A stretch of DNA of 64,000 nucleotides from positions 106,206,001 through 106,270,000 of the forward strand of contig OZ320313.1 of assembly GCA_976226885.1 (NCBI GenBank). The letters run 5' to 3'. Under the pieces are notes generated by a model that saw nothing but the letters and a program-made list of their open reading frames with translations, was not told the origin of the DNA and did no database searches. Every line of letters begins with the position of its first letter. Within the stretch, counting starts at the first letter, position 1. The position numbers were made by a program, and so were the translations under genes. Positions 38,448 through 51,640 of the stretch are shown piece after piece. Origin of the DNA: Iphione sp. A-MEVVRFRX5 (lineage: Eukaryota).

Positions 38448-39199
38448 CAGTTCATGTAACAATGCACCGGTATCTTAGAGCCATAGTTCAAACAAGAGTG
38501 TAGACTTGCGAGGTCTAGGGTCCCCCAACTTCAACTACCCATGGCTGGCACAGCTTTGCTACAAGGTGGTGGTAGAAGGGGACTATTGTCAGATCTAGCC
38601 CATGACAGTCATGCTATGTGTGTGTGACTTAGAAAACCAACTTCGTATGTTTGTGGGTTTGGTAGCAAAGGAGTAAATTGCCATAATTTCAGTTTTGAAA
38701 TACTTGAATGACTAATAAAATTACCCAGTGGCACAGGTCCAAATATATAAGTATCTATATCAGAATCATTTCATTTAACTGGAGGATTTTAGAGCTATAG
38801 GACCCACAAGAGTGTGATGAAAGGTCGGACAGTCAGTCAGCAGCATTCCTAAGGTCTCTTCCTCTCTATGAGGAAGGGGACAATTAGAAATAGTCCTTAG
38901 ATTATTCTCTACTATCATAACAAACTAATAAACAGGTAAAGTATATTAAAAGATGTTTCATAGTTTAGCTTAGTTCATATTCGTCCTGCCAATGCTCTCT
39001 GAATGCACACCAATGCTCACTGAATTCCTGTAATATCTATGTATGTAAAGAGAGGCTGTTTTTTTCTGTTTTGAAGGTGATTTGGACTAGGATAATCCTG
39101 CTACGCTCATAGTGATTGTGTCTGCACCATAAGTTCTCTAATTATTGCAAAATGCTGGTAGTAAATCTTACTCCTTCTCCTTGCTCTTCCTGCTTTGGG

Positions 39200-39460
39200 A
39201 CTATAGAGTACCAGACTACATGACCAGCAGACTACCTAACCACAGAAATACCAATCTACCTAACTATTGGTCTCAAACAAGAGGACTACTGACTGCCAGA
39301 TTAATTTTCTAGACTGGTATCAGGCAACTGAACTACGGACAATCAGACTACTAAACTACTTCTTACTAGACTGTTAATTGCTTAAATATCGAACTACAAA
39401 CTTCCAAACGTTTCGCTACCACTAACTACTAAATGTCTAACTACCAAACTTCTGACTAGA
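39200..39460. repeat. Degenerate GACTAC/AACTAC simple repeat
   Basis: Many ACTAC/GACT words with no fixed period. Confidence 0.6.
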
Positions 39461-40094
39461 AATACATATCTATCTATATAACACTAATTCAGTGAAGCTT
39501 TACCACAAAAGAACATTATTTTCATCGGGGCACTGTAGTAGATCAGTGACTGGCCAAGCGTTTATATTATGTGGGCAGCAAGAAAGCAAAAAAGTAGAGT
39601 GAGTCAAGTAGAACTGATCATTACAACAAAAAAAGCCGTGAAGCTGCTTTTCCTCAATGCTGGACAACACTTAGATGCGCTCATTGAACATAGCAGCTAT
39701 GGGCTGGTCTGACATACACCCCTGACCCCCCAAGATTAAATCCGCCCCCCCCACCTCATACCCCTGTGGCATTCCTGCCGCGCCTCGACATGTTGCCCAG
39801 TACGTAGCTACGTATCAGGAGCCGGTTTATATTTGTGGCGTGGCGACATCTATCAACATACGTCGGCAAAGAAACCCGTTCAAGAGACTGGCGGAGCGTA
39901 GAGGACGGCGGTCGGCAGATGGTTCTCGGGAGCACGGGAAGTACGGCAGGTCGGAGTTCGGAGGACACCGGGGGAAGCTCGGAGAAAGGCCCTAGGACAT
40001 GTCTGTCTGGGCTCAATATAGTGACGTGTAACAATCTGTTTTCTGTTTTCTCCTCTTCACTCTTAACATCCCGAGTCCTACCTTTATCCCCCAT

Positions 40095-40274
40095 NNNNNN
40101 NNNNNNNNNNNNNNNNNNNNNNNNNNNNNNNNNNNNNNNNNNNNNNNNNNNNNNNNNNNNNNNNNNNNNNNNNNNNNNNNNNNNNNNNNNNNNNNNNNNN
40201 NNNNNNNNNNNNNNNNNNNNNNNNNNNNNNNNNNNNNNNNNNNNNNNNNNNNNNNNNNNNNNNNNNNNNNNNNN
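40095..40274. other. Assembly gap (180 N)
   Basis: Run of N. Confidence 1.
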
Positions 40275-41544
40275 ACCTATCTACCGGCCTATATATCAAT
40301 CTATCTTATTATTTATGTTTCTCTATATCTATCTAAACCCCCCCCCCTCCTCATTGGACTGATCCAAGGGAGCAGGAAGATGGCCCGAAAGGACATTAAA
40401 ATATGAACCCTATAACCCCGCCACGACCACCTTTCTCCTTTATTCTCGCCCGCATGTCATCTGGCCTTCCACTGTAGTCTTCATTCTTGACCATAGAATA
40501 AAGAAGTATAATAGCAATCCATCCCACCAATATTATACTTTGTAGTGTTTGTAGTTACATTACCTGTTGAAAATGTTGCTTGGAAGGATGAAAATTGATC
40601 AATACTGTCTGTGTTGAAAAGTTTATGATTGAAAAGAAACACGTTTAACTAAACGAAAAATCACTCACTGGCCAGAACTGGTGTAAGTACCAAAGGCACT
40701 TATGTATATACATAAATAGTGCGCTGATCACACTCCAGTGAAATAGAAATTTATACATATGATTTTTTATACGAGCCTATAGTATTACTTTTATCGTAGC
40801 TTTGAGCTGCATCGTTTTGCCTATTGTGTGACCTGTACACTTGATTTCATTTGATTTGATCTTTATTTATACTTCTCATGTATAATATTATAGAGTTCTT
40901 CCAGTGAAAAAACAGTTACAAAAACGTTGGTACTCTTAATCATGTTTCCAAGTGCTGGGACAAAGGCAACGTATTGCCTGGAGTGATACATATTTATTTG
41001 TTTAGACATTAGCACCGCTTCTTGTGGGCAGCTCAACTAGCAGGGCAACCCAGAATTAAGGGCAAGTTTAGTTGGTCCGAATACTGTATTAATATACATA
41101 TGCAATAAACAATTGGCAATTAATCTCTTTCATTTTCTATGTCTATATATGCTACTTTTGCAAAGTGTAACTTCTACCAAAGGCACGCCATGATGTCAAT
41201 ATTCTTCGCACTTACCGTTAACTTATTAGAATCATTCAAGTTTTCTGGGACTGTAGCATTAACTTGAATATAAAGATTCACTTTTAGTCATGGTATCAAA
41301 CGTCCAATTACATTTTTCTGTTTCTGTCTAATAGGTCTTTTTCCTACTTTTTAATGACGTTAAGTGTTGACAAATACCTGTACAAGGTATCGTTATAAGA
41401 GGTTGCGATTTAATCAAAGGAGGGAGAGCAATCTATAATAGAAAGCAGGACCATCCCCCGACCCAAGTAGCACAGCTCGAGTGCACGTCGTGGTATATCA
41501 GCCACCACCATGGGGAGAGTACACCAGCAGAACTTGCAGTGTTA

Positions 41545-42106
41545 GGCTCCGTTTCCATACTTGCGTTGATATGCAGAGATTTATGGGAGAAGAGGTGTGC
41601 ATGCATTTCCAGTGTGTTTATGTGTGTTCATGTTTTGCCGCACTACAACGCACAGGGGTGTTCCATACATGTGTTGTATGTTGTGCATTTGTGTGCATAA
41701 AATGATGGGAAAAATGGTGAAAAAGGACAAAAATGATGCTTAAACCTGCAAAAAATGGCAAAAATGACGGGGAAAAGGCTGAAAAGGACAGAAATTATGT
41801 TAAAAGCTGCATAAAACTGTCAAATGACAGGAAAAAGTGTGGAAAAGGATACCCATGTATGGAAATGTATGGTGATGACAGTGACAGTGAGTAATAGTGA
41901 GTAAATATGAAGAAATAGGTGTGTGTTGTTGTGTGTTGCCATGTGTGTGGCACATTAAGAAAACTGGTTCGAAAATGGGCAATGCACTTCACTGCACTTC
42001 ACCGCAGGTATGGAACACCTCTCACTGATAGCCTATAGTCCAATAATAAAGCACTTTAGCGCACTTCACTGCACATGCACTTCACCGCAGGTATGGAAAC
42101 TGGGCC
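41545..42106. mobile_element. PIF/Harbinger-type MITE (same family as 5327-6036)
   Basis: TIRs GGCTCCGTTTCCATACTTGCG / CGCAGGTATGGAAACTGGGCC, TTA TSD on both sides, internal GTGTTCCATAC and GTATGGAACAC. Confidence 0.85.
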
Positions 42107-42327
42107 TTACCAACAAAACTTCAAAGCATAACAATATGTGCCCCAAATGACACTTTCAGATTTTGAGATGAATTCAACTGCAAATGCTTGACTATCTATC
42201 TTACTTGTCCCTGAATCTCAAGTAGATATGAAGCTGAAATGGGTGGTCAAATATCTATTCCTAAAATACACATATATTGTTGTTCAAGTTATTGGGAATA
42301 AGTTTAAAGTTTACCCCTGAAAACCAC

Positions 42328-42510
42328 TTGAAACATATTTTAGGATAGACCTTCAAGCCTATATTTTCAGATGATGATAGAATAGGTCTTGTTACATCAT
42401 AGAATCACTAGAATTAATTTGAAACATATTTTAGGATAGACCTTAGAGCCTATATTTTCAGAAGATGATAGAATAGGTCTTGTAGAATGGAATCACTAAA
42501 ATTAATTTCG
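42328..42510. repeat. 91-bp tandem duplication (2 copies)
   Basis: TTGAAACATATTTTAGGATAGACCTT...GATGATAGAATAGGTCTTGT starts at both 42328 and 42419. Confidence 0.9.
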
Positions 42511-42559
42511 ATAAAAAGGACTGTACCTATGTTTTTTGTTCATGGCGATGTGCCACTAA

Positions 42560-43136
42560 GGCCTGGTTTCCTTGTGTATGGATTTTGTGCCCAGACCACG
42601 GACTGCATGGTCCAGAGAAAAATGGTCTCACTGATTTTAACAGAGGGTGTTCCATATGAACGGGTGCGTGGTCCATGGTCCATGGTCTGGAGCCTGAAAA
42701 CGGACAATGCTCATTTTTTTCCGCACCACGCATGCACACGGAGGAGTAGAATAGAGAGATGGCGGGTTTCAGCAGGAGAAACACTGTGTTACATGTGTTA
42801 GATGTTGTGAATTATTTGTAATTTGCATATCATTTGCATACAAACTGTACAATTTTTACCAATATGCCTCAATCTCCACGAAAAACTGCACAATTTTTGC
42901 CGATATGCCTCAATCTCCATGAAAAACTGCACTATTTCCACCAATATGCCTCAATCTCCATGAAAAAAATAAATACATGTACATACATTACAGTACATCT
43001 CTCTTTCTCTCTCTATCTCTCTGGAAAAAAATCTGTACACAAAGAAACTGGGTGTATGTGGATGTGCGGAAAACAGCTCATTTTCCGGACTTCACATGCA
43101 GTGCGGAAAATTCTACATGCACATGGGTACCGGGCC
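42560..43136. mobile_element. PIF/Harbinger-type MITE
   Basis: Ends GGCCTGGTTTCC / GGTACCGGGCC with TAA TSD. The internal ~41-bp repeat TATGCCTCAATCTCCATGAAAAACTGCAC (x3) resembles the internal repeat of the 5327 copy. Confidence 0.7.
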
Positions 43137-44810
43137 TAACTGAGGGAGCAAGTAATAATTTGGTACAGTTTTGGCTCTAGGTCAAGACCCTCTTGTTATT
43201 TCATCTAGGTAAGAAAAATTCTGGTTACATTAAGCATAAATGTACAGATAAATGATACTACCTTCCTCAGAATTCGGCTAAGACAACGAGATAACTGGAA
43301 TTCTTAGTAAGTTGAGAGTCAGATTTGACTGTATAAATAGATAGATATGCACCTAGAAAGCAAGACAGCAAAACCAGGACAGGGACTTTTTGCACAACGA
43401 CATGCATATATACGAGTTAAATGTCGTTTATCAGAGGCCTAGAGTCTGAATTTTCTCTTTATGCTGATTAGTGTCCAAGGAAATGTATCACTTCTTTGTA
43501 TATTATATTTAGTGCATCCGAAGTTGTCCTCATCTGGCTGAAATGACAAGTAACACAGAGGGTCCTGATAGAGAAACATGACTGCACGTACTCTAGAAAT
43601 ACTTACCCCGTGTGAGATGAAGTGTCCTGCGACGATGAAGTGTCTACGCTCCTAACCTTCCGCCTGCCGGGTCCGATCTGGCCTGCTTACAATGCTCACC
43701 TACAGTACTATACATCAGATCCAAACACTCAAACACATGCACTGTTAACGCCGTCACCTAAGTGGCCCGTCGCCACACTGCTGTAGGATAACAATATTTA
43801 GCCGTGCTGTTTTATGGAAGTTTTTCACACATGATAATCTAAAAAGGCCCCACAAAAGCCGCGGGGTATATATTGTGCTGGACAGGGGTGTGGGGTACTA
43901 TGTCTTCAGAGGCGGTAGCGACGTGGGGAAAGGGTTATATTGACTCAAGGGGGTTAACGTAGAATTTCTGGCCGGTGGATCGCTTTGATTAGAGACATGC
44001 CCTCTTATTGCCTACCTCTCTCCCCGTCGTCCCGCCCCCAACAACGACTTGCCCGCCCACCTGGTCAGTGTGCCCACCGCTCCGTTACCCTGAACGCGTA
44101 GGATGCCGGTAGGCCATGGGGCCCATCTTTCTTCTATTCCCTCCTCTTCCTTCGTCTGTCTCCCACACCCTATTCCTCCATCCCTTGTCTCCCTCTTCCA
44201 TATATCCTGTCTCTATTTCCCCTTTGCTCACCCCCTATAACTTCCTCTCTCCGTTTCTTCTTTCTCACCCCTCTCTGTCCCGCAAGCTTCGTCTCCCTCC
44301 TCTGGGTGGCTATTAGCGCCGGTAGGTTAATGGGCGGCCATTGTTGGTAAAGAGAAACACAGCTCGGATCAAACGACGCCAGGAGCTTGGCACTCGGGTG
44401 AACCTCAAGGGAACCGAAGAACCATATCACCCGACTGTGCTTGGCGCAGTCCCGACCAGGCGAACCCCACCACTCCTTCCTCTCCTGGAGGTGCGAGGGC
44501 CAACGGGGTGTGCAATAAGAGCGGGGGCCCAGCGAAAGGGCACGAGGGAAAATAACAACATTGGCATGATGATGTCGCCCGTCAACAAAGTGACATGTGC
44601 ATTCATAGGAGAGGGCACCGGGAGGTTAGATGTGAGCCAGACGGTTTGTAGCCTCTTAGTGGTCCTAAGTCCCATGCAGCGCAGCCGAGTGAACACGTAT
44701 GTGTTAGCGTGAGAAAGGCCACCCTGGCGCGGCCACCTTGGAACTCGATCCTGGTATGCACACTTACATTTGTATAGAAATATAAATAAGTATATAGGTA
44801 TCTATGGGTT

Positions 44811-44821
44811 GAGGCTCTCTC

Positions 44822-44865
<44 letters not shown>

Positions 44866-44890
44866 GTCTGTCTGTCTCTGTCTCTCTCTC
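44811..44890. repeat. (CT)n/(CTGT)n microsatellite
   Basis: Read directly from the sequence. Confidence 0.95.
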
Positions 44891-45197
44891 TGTTTCCCCC
44901 ATCTAATATTGTGAAGAATACAATATATATGAATATATACACTTGGCTTTTAGTTTTGTACCGCTTTTTACATGTACGTGTACCTGTAGTTCATATTGGC
45001 GTAAATAATGGTGTACAAATATGTAATATGATAGATATACATGTATGTATATGTACATATGTGCATATTTAGATAATGCAATTTCCATATGTATAGATAG
45101 GTGTCTTCTCAGCCATTTATATATGAATGTCCATTGTAAATGCACTGTTACAAAAATCGGGTTGACTGTGCGCATATCTTGGTATATTCAAGGCTTA

Positions 45198-46260
45198 GGC
45201 TTGGTGTCCGTGTGCATGTGTTGCTGTGGAGCATAATTATACAGACGTGAAAGATATATCCTCTTAGTCACTGTACAGTCACTAAACACGGTGAGAGTGT
45301 TTCCATGTGCTTGATGTTTTTCAGCCGTGAAAGCACAGAAAACACAGGGAAGAAGGAAAAATCAAGCAAAATGGCCTGAAACAATGCAAATATCAGCTAA
45401 AAACACTATATATCTTAGAAACTTGGTAAGAAAAACCACCAAATTTCATGGAAACTAGGCCTAAAATGTGTGGTAATGTGTGGTAATTTGCGGTAATGGG
45501 TTTCTTCAGTACAAAATGACACCTTACATGGTTCATTTGATTCCACTTTTGCTATATTTCTGTGGAAAACATGGCCGTGTTTCCATGAAAAATGGGATGT
45601 CCCATTTAGAAAATACAGAGCACACAGACACAGAGCATGGAGCACACACACATCGAACCAGTCTTTCTGTTAATGTTATTCCCAAAACAAATTGAAAACA
45701 TGTCCACATGCACTACAGTGACATTTGCACATGGAAAATTAGCCTTGGGCCCACTTTCCTTAAATATATTTAGGTGCATTAGGCTGCCTGAAGTGTCTGT
45801 GTACATCACCATGTTTTTTTTTTATCACACAGCCTCACGCAGCTTAGGGATGTCTTTTGAAGATGTGTTCAGGCTGCATGAGACTGTGACAAACGGTTAA
45901 TTTGACTGCAAAAAGTATAAAAACCAGCAAATTTCACAGGAAAATGAAAAAAAATGTAAAATTTCACTGCAAAAAGTATGAAATTGTGCAGCTATGTGCA
46001 AAAAATGTGCGGAAAACTGCACAGAGAAGTGACGAAATAGAAGGAAACTTGCCTCCTCCAAAGACTATCTGTTGTATACTACTGTGCATTTTTGTGTTTG
46101 TGTATTAAACTACTGGACACTGCTTGAAAATGAACAACAGATGCCAAACACATCTTAATGCACCTCAACGCACATGCAGGTAAGGAACACCTCACACGGA
46201 AGACCATTAGTTTAATAAAAATGCACCTCAATGCACCAAAGTGAATGGGGTAAGCTTGCT
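45198..46260. mobile_element. Cluster of nested or fragmented Harbinger-type MITE pieces abutting the LINE remnant
   Basis: Left end TTA|GGCTTGGTGTCCGTGTGC at 45198, right-end-like CATGGAAACTAGGCC|TAA at 45461 and CATGGAAAATTAGCC at ~45747, and the family motif GCAGGTAAGGAACACCTC at ~46177. Confidence 0.5.
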
Positions 46261-46269
46261 TCATTCTTT

Positions 46270-47250
46270 GATCAGTGTCGGAATTAATTAGGGGAAACTG
46301 GGGGAGACGATGTCACTTTATCTTGGTTGCGGTCATATTTGTTGAACAGGGTTCAGGAAGTCTCAGGTAATGGCATGAGTTCACAGAAGCTTAGTATGAA
46401 CCAGGGAGTGCCACAGGGGAGACATCGTGGGTCCCTGTTGTTCTCCTTGGTGGTAAACAGTCTACTAAAAGCATTACTTGGTGATGAAGGCAGTGATGTA
46501 TGCTGATGACATCACTGTGTACTGTGAGGCATCTAACATAGAGGCCCTCCAAGTTTAACTCGGGGGGGGGAGTTAAAGGTGTCTCCAACTGGTGCTCTGA
46601 AAACAGTCTCCTGTGAAGATTTCTCACATGTTCAGCAAGTCCAAGCCGTTTCACCTGGATCTCACTCTTGCAGACTCTGGGCTATTATCTGGAGGAGGAG
46701 CTTTTATCGAGAAAAATGGCAATGTTCATTAAGTGAAAGACTAGACACAAGGGCTATTGTCTCTCTAAATTAGTACATCATGTCGATCTGAATGTAAGGT
46801 TCCAAATGTTCAAGATGTTCCTGGAACCCATATTTGAATATGGATTGCCCTTCCTTTGTTGTCGCAGCAAAAAAATCATGCAAGAGCTCCAAGTGGAGTT
46901 CACTAGACGGCTAAAGCTAGTTGTTATGGGAATGATGAGAACGCGATTATCTGCTCACTCTCTGTGACAGCTAATAAAGTTTCCCTCCTTGGAGGAGTGA
47001 GGCAGACAGCAGTTGATTGACCTTACCCACAGGTTGAAACTCAGTGGTCTGTGCCAATTTGAGCAGAGCAAGAGAATTACTCACAGGAGTCTTACAAACA
47101 ATCTAGCTGAAAAAAGGCCAGAACCAGACTCTTCACTTCCAGTTTCTGGTACATTGGCTATAGGTTGTGGAATCAACTCCCATAGAAAGACGAAAAGAAA
47201 CTGCGAGTAAATCAACTCAAAATCCCCAGGGAGTTACTCGTCTGAAAGCT
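46270..47250 (+). mobile_element. Decayed, 5'-truncated non-LTR retrotransposon (CR1/L2-type) reverse transcriptase remnant
   Basis: Plus-strand translation with frameshifts gives LSWLRSYLLNRVQEVSGNGMSSQKLSMNQGVPQG, then (I)VGPLLFSLVVNSL, VMYADDITVYC, SNWCSENSL and FQMFKMFLEPIFEYG. These are the classic GVPQG and YADD motifs. Several stops and frameshifts are present. Confidence 0.85.
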
Positions 47251-49349
47251 TCTAACCTAGTATTTACTGTATAGAAACATTTCGCATAGTCTTCATTTTC
47301 AGATACTATTTCTATCCTCTTTTTATATCCATGTATACTTATAATTAGATGCATTGCTGTCTGATCAACGAAGCATATTCAACTTAGCATACATTCTACT
47401 GATTAATTTCGACCTGACATCATGGTAACTTATATAAATTTGTTTTTATATCATTCTTCATAACTGGTACACATATGCTCCTAGCCTCATGTATAAGCAT
47501 CTAGAATGTGACCTCTTACAGCCACTAGGCTGCTGCGAGTGTTGTAATAGACTAATTGAACAATTTTCGATTAACCACTTATTTTTTGTTATACTGGAAG
47601 ACCTCAACGTCTACTTCAATGTAATGACGAGATATGAAATAAAAAATTGTCAAATTGTCAAACTTTATTTCTTGTGGTGCCCAATACACAATATGACAGT
47701 GAAACACAAACGTTTCCACAAATCACAAATTCTCAGTCACTCACGATACAGGCAAAATGGCAGGGGATTAGTTCCGTAAATGCCTGGGAAATAAGCCAAA
47801 AGGCTAGAAGGAAACTGTAATTTCTGAATTCAGTATCCCTATCAGTGCTTCCTGTTGACAAGTATGTGAGAGCGAAGAGAAGGTCGGATCAACGGATTTA
47901 AAATAGCCATAACAAAGAGTCTAAATCTTGTTGACTTCTTTGGGGTAATAGGTCACTCCAAAAATTGCTCCACCCCATTTGCTGCAATTGTAACTGTGAA
48001 CAACATTTATGAATTGTTGAGCTAGTTGTTGGTGGACATGTACATATTGTGGTGGATGTAGAACCTAGACGTATCCGACAGGTTAAGTAGGTTGCAGCTG
48101 ATATACTTCCTCATCTAAGACATACTACAGTATGCACATGGGATATGTTTAGTCTATATTGCCAGCATGTCAGGTGTAGTCTTCATAGGACGTGTGGTCT
48201 ACATTACCGGCATTTGGGTGCAGTCTATAGTGCATAGGGACATTTCCAGTATACATCGCTACCAAATATAGAGTAATTCAGTGCATGTGGGACACGTCCA
48301 GTCTACATCAAAAGTATATGGGGTGAGGTATACACTGCAAGTGTATGGGATGCAGTGTGCAGTGGTTTTGTACATGCCCTATTCAACGAAATCATCAAGG
48401 CAATCAAAGAAAGGTTACAGTTATAGCACACACTCAACACACTTATGACACTTTTCAGATGTCTGTAGTGGGGTATGGTGCAATGGGACAAAATTTAGGC
48501 ACCCTCTATAGCCAGACCCCATATTCAGCAAAGACCACTGACATAGCCCTACTCTACCCAGATACAGGCATCAATACACCAATGATAAATGAACCAATGA
48601 TTTTATATCAATAAATAATGACTAATATCTTCTTCCTGCTTTATCAGAACCTTGCTCCGGGCATACAGTTGCCACAGTTGCAGCTGGTCCCTGATGGAAT
48701 CAGCTACATGTATATGGAGCACAGTTCTAACACTCTGACATAGTTTTCCATGATTAGTCCCATAGGAATGATTGTTTTCCATGTAAAATGGTCAGAGGAC
48801 GAACTAACAGGTAGAATTTGCAAGGGGAAAAGTCATTGGATTTTGGAGTAACAATATGGTGGTTCCTTGACTACTCAAGCTCACAAGTTGTGGATAAAAA
48901 TACTATTATACTATGGAGAGAAACGACTTATAATTGTTATTAAAATACACAATGGACAGTAATTAAGGAACTATCTACTTAAATAAGTATGAAACCCTTC
49001 AGAAATCCAATATGGGGACATTATGTTTGAGTGTCTTCAACACTAAAGGTCACACGACTCAAAATCTTTTGCATGCTGCCATGTGATCTCTCCCTTAACC
49101 AATGAAATGCTTCTGCACAAATATCAACCTGCACTCAAAACCAACATGGCAGCCATCATGAGAGTTTCCATCCAAAATGCGAACAAGATGCTCTATTTGC
49201 ATGGTTAATATACATAATCTGGACTGATTCCCATAATCATCATTGTCAGAACTGTGTTTAAGTGTGGATACTTTAGTTTTAGTGTGCTAGTATTTTAAAC
49301 CACTGTTGCCCTTGACCGCCGGTCTAGGGCGACATGGTTAAACGTCGGG

Positions 49350-49473
49350 TTTAACGAAGGTATTGAGTTCCTGGTGTGGAAGTTTAGACACGAAACCGAG
49401 GGGTTGGACGCAGTCCAACCCCGAGGAATTGAGTGTCTAAACTTCCCACCAGGACCGAAATGAAGTCGTTAAA
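49350..49473. repeat. Long imperfect palindrome (probable centre of a palindromic non-autonomous DNA element)
   Basis: Arms CCTGGTGTGGAAGTTTAGACAC...GGGGTTGGAC and GTCCAACCCC...GTGTCTAAACTTCCCACCAGG around a GCA loop, with outer TTTAACGA/TCGTTAAA. Confidence 0.8.
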
Positions 49474-50686
49474 TCCAGTTCTAAAATGATTTTCATTAAT
49501 ATTATTAATGTAACTACTATAAAACTAACCTTTTATAGGGCTTAAGTCCATTATATTCCATCTTTTGGGAACGTTTCAGCTGCCACAGCTGCTTCCTCTC
49601 CTTTTCAAAACAAACCGCCATCTTAGTGCCATGTGACCTCTCAGGGCCAATCAGATTGAAGGAAATGCAATGAATATTGATTACTTCTCCTTGTCCAATG
49701 AGCTACCACCTTCTACTCTAATGAATATTAATACCGTGATTAGTCTGCCGTTTAAAGACGTTTTTTTAGTCTCTATGTTCAATATATCTCTCACTCTAAA
49801 GCATTTTAGAACAAGCACACCAAGTGAGTATCCATACTTAACCCCTTAGATATAATCTTGGTCCCGCTTAAATCAGAACTTTGTGGCAGGGTTGTTCTTG
49901 GAACTGACTCCAACTGGAATTATCTCGAGCAGGGGCCCTTAACTTTTTGGTTCAAGCCAAATTACAGTGATGGTATTGGCTTGGTGACCCATACTGAATT
50001 ATCACCAGTAAAAACTAGATGGAACCAAAGAAGTGTTTCATTATGACAAATTTGGCCCCTAGTGTGTACATATATAGATGACAAATCTAAACGCCTTGGG
50101 TGACCCATTCCAAATGACCTAGGGACCTACGTTGTGTTCATAACCCAGGGATTAAGACATCCTCAGCTATAGAGTCCCATTGATTTAAGCTTCCCATGAG
50201 TAAGAGTTAGTATGAATGAGACGTCGATGCCAGATCGAACTGGTTCAGACTCTATCGGGTTGCGAGCTACATTTAGTTGAAGCACAACCATAGAGGTGGC
50301 ATAGTCGAGTCCTCTCTCTCTGTGGGGAAAACCTTTAGTTTACCCTCCCTCTATGTAATTACTTTCTTTAAGTGCAATGCACTCAGAACAAAGTAGAAGA
50401 ATGATTTTGGAGAGAACAAAACACAAGAGGTCAGCAGATCCACAATTGTCTTAACTTTGTCCTGAATGCCTGCACCGTCTCATGTGCCAGCAGATTTGGA
50501 GATACATTTAGATGTATTACAAAAACGTTCTATTCCCATAATCTTGAAGCCGAACATCTCTAGGGAATACAAGCAGCCAGTTGTTATTGTTTACTTATGG
50601 TTCAGATGAACAAATGTACGGTCGGTAAGTCAGTGGCCATTAGAGTGTGTAATGCAGGGAGTGAAGACAATGATGACAACTACATA

Positions 50687-50866
50687 CTTAGAACCTCACT
50701 ACTGGGGACACCCAAAGAACAGGATACAGTTATGACTAGGCACACTGTTAAATGGAACAGTATCATATTGTGCCCATTCATTGTACAATCCAGGACTGGT
50801 GATACCTCCATAATTTGCACATTTTCATCAGGAACCAGGGGTGTCCCCAGTTGTAAAGTTCTACTG
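50687..50866. mobile_element. Tc1/mariner-pogo-type MITE (CAGTAGAAC family)
   Basis: TA|CTTAGAACCTCACTACTGGGGACACCC ... GGGTGTCCCCAGTTGTAAAGTTCTACTG|TA. Confidence 0.7.
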
Positions 50867-51129
50867 TAATTGTTCTGAGAGAATGTGTATGGCCCCCCTT
50901 TCACGATTTCTACGTCGAGTGTTCCTGTGGACGGCACCACCTTCTGAATCCAGTGGATATCAGCAGTACGAAATCGCTGCCTCCAGAACATGGTTTCTGA
51001 ATCACTGGGTCACTTCCCAAATTTGGGTCACAATACTACTTCGATTGAATCAACTTGGCTCTGTGGATAATTTTAGTACGGTATTTGGATACATAGTTGT
51101 TTAGTTGCAAAACTGAAGTATAAGCTAAT

Positions 51130-51640
51130 CGGTATATAGGTAGGTCGGGTAAATAGGTATCTATGTAGGTACGAGCCTTTGAAATTAGGAAGGCAATAGG
51201 CTGGTAGGTATGTTGTCAGGTAAGTAAACTGGTGGATGGATTGTTTAGGATGGGGGTAATTAATATGAGGTAGTTGCTTTAGTGCGTAGGTAGAATTGGT
51301 AGGTAAGCCATCTAAGTAAATGAATCATGAACAGGTATGGGGCGAGGAGGGAAGGTACCTAGTCGGGCAGGCAGGCTGTTTAAATAGGTCTTTAGTTAGG
51401 TAAGTAGATGAAGTCTCACGTAATGCAGTGTGCATAATTATGAGGTCAGGTTGTAGATGGCTTAATGGGTAGGAAAGGGGTCACGCATTTAGGTACATGT
51501 ATAGGTTCGAGCATGCGTAGGTAGGGAGATAGATAGGCAAGTTAAGTGTGCAAGTTAGAGGATACGATAGTATGTATAAAAGTAGGTAAGCTGCTAAGCA
51601 GGGTTCAGGAAGGCAAATTATAAAGATGGGTAAGATAGGT
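51130..51640. repeat. Degenerate (TAGG/GTAGG) simple repeat
   Basis: Dense GTAGG/TAGGTA words. Confidence 0.6.

Noticed and set aside
39835-40362. 175-aa ORF spanning the gap
   Set aside because: Artefact of N bases suppressing stop codons.
50540-50560. Minus-strand MFGF... as an MN1 N-terminus
   Set aside because: The short ORF closes quickly and has no further MN1-like sequence. Neither MN1 nor PITPNB coding sequence was recognised anywhere in the window.
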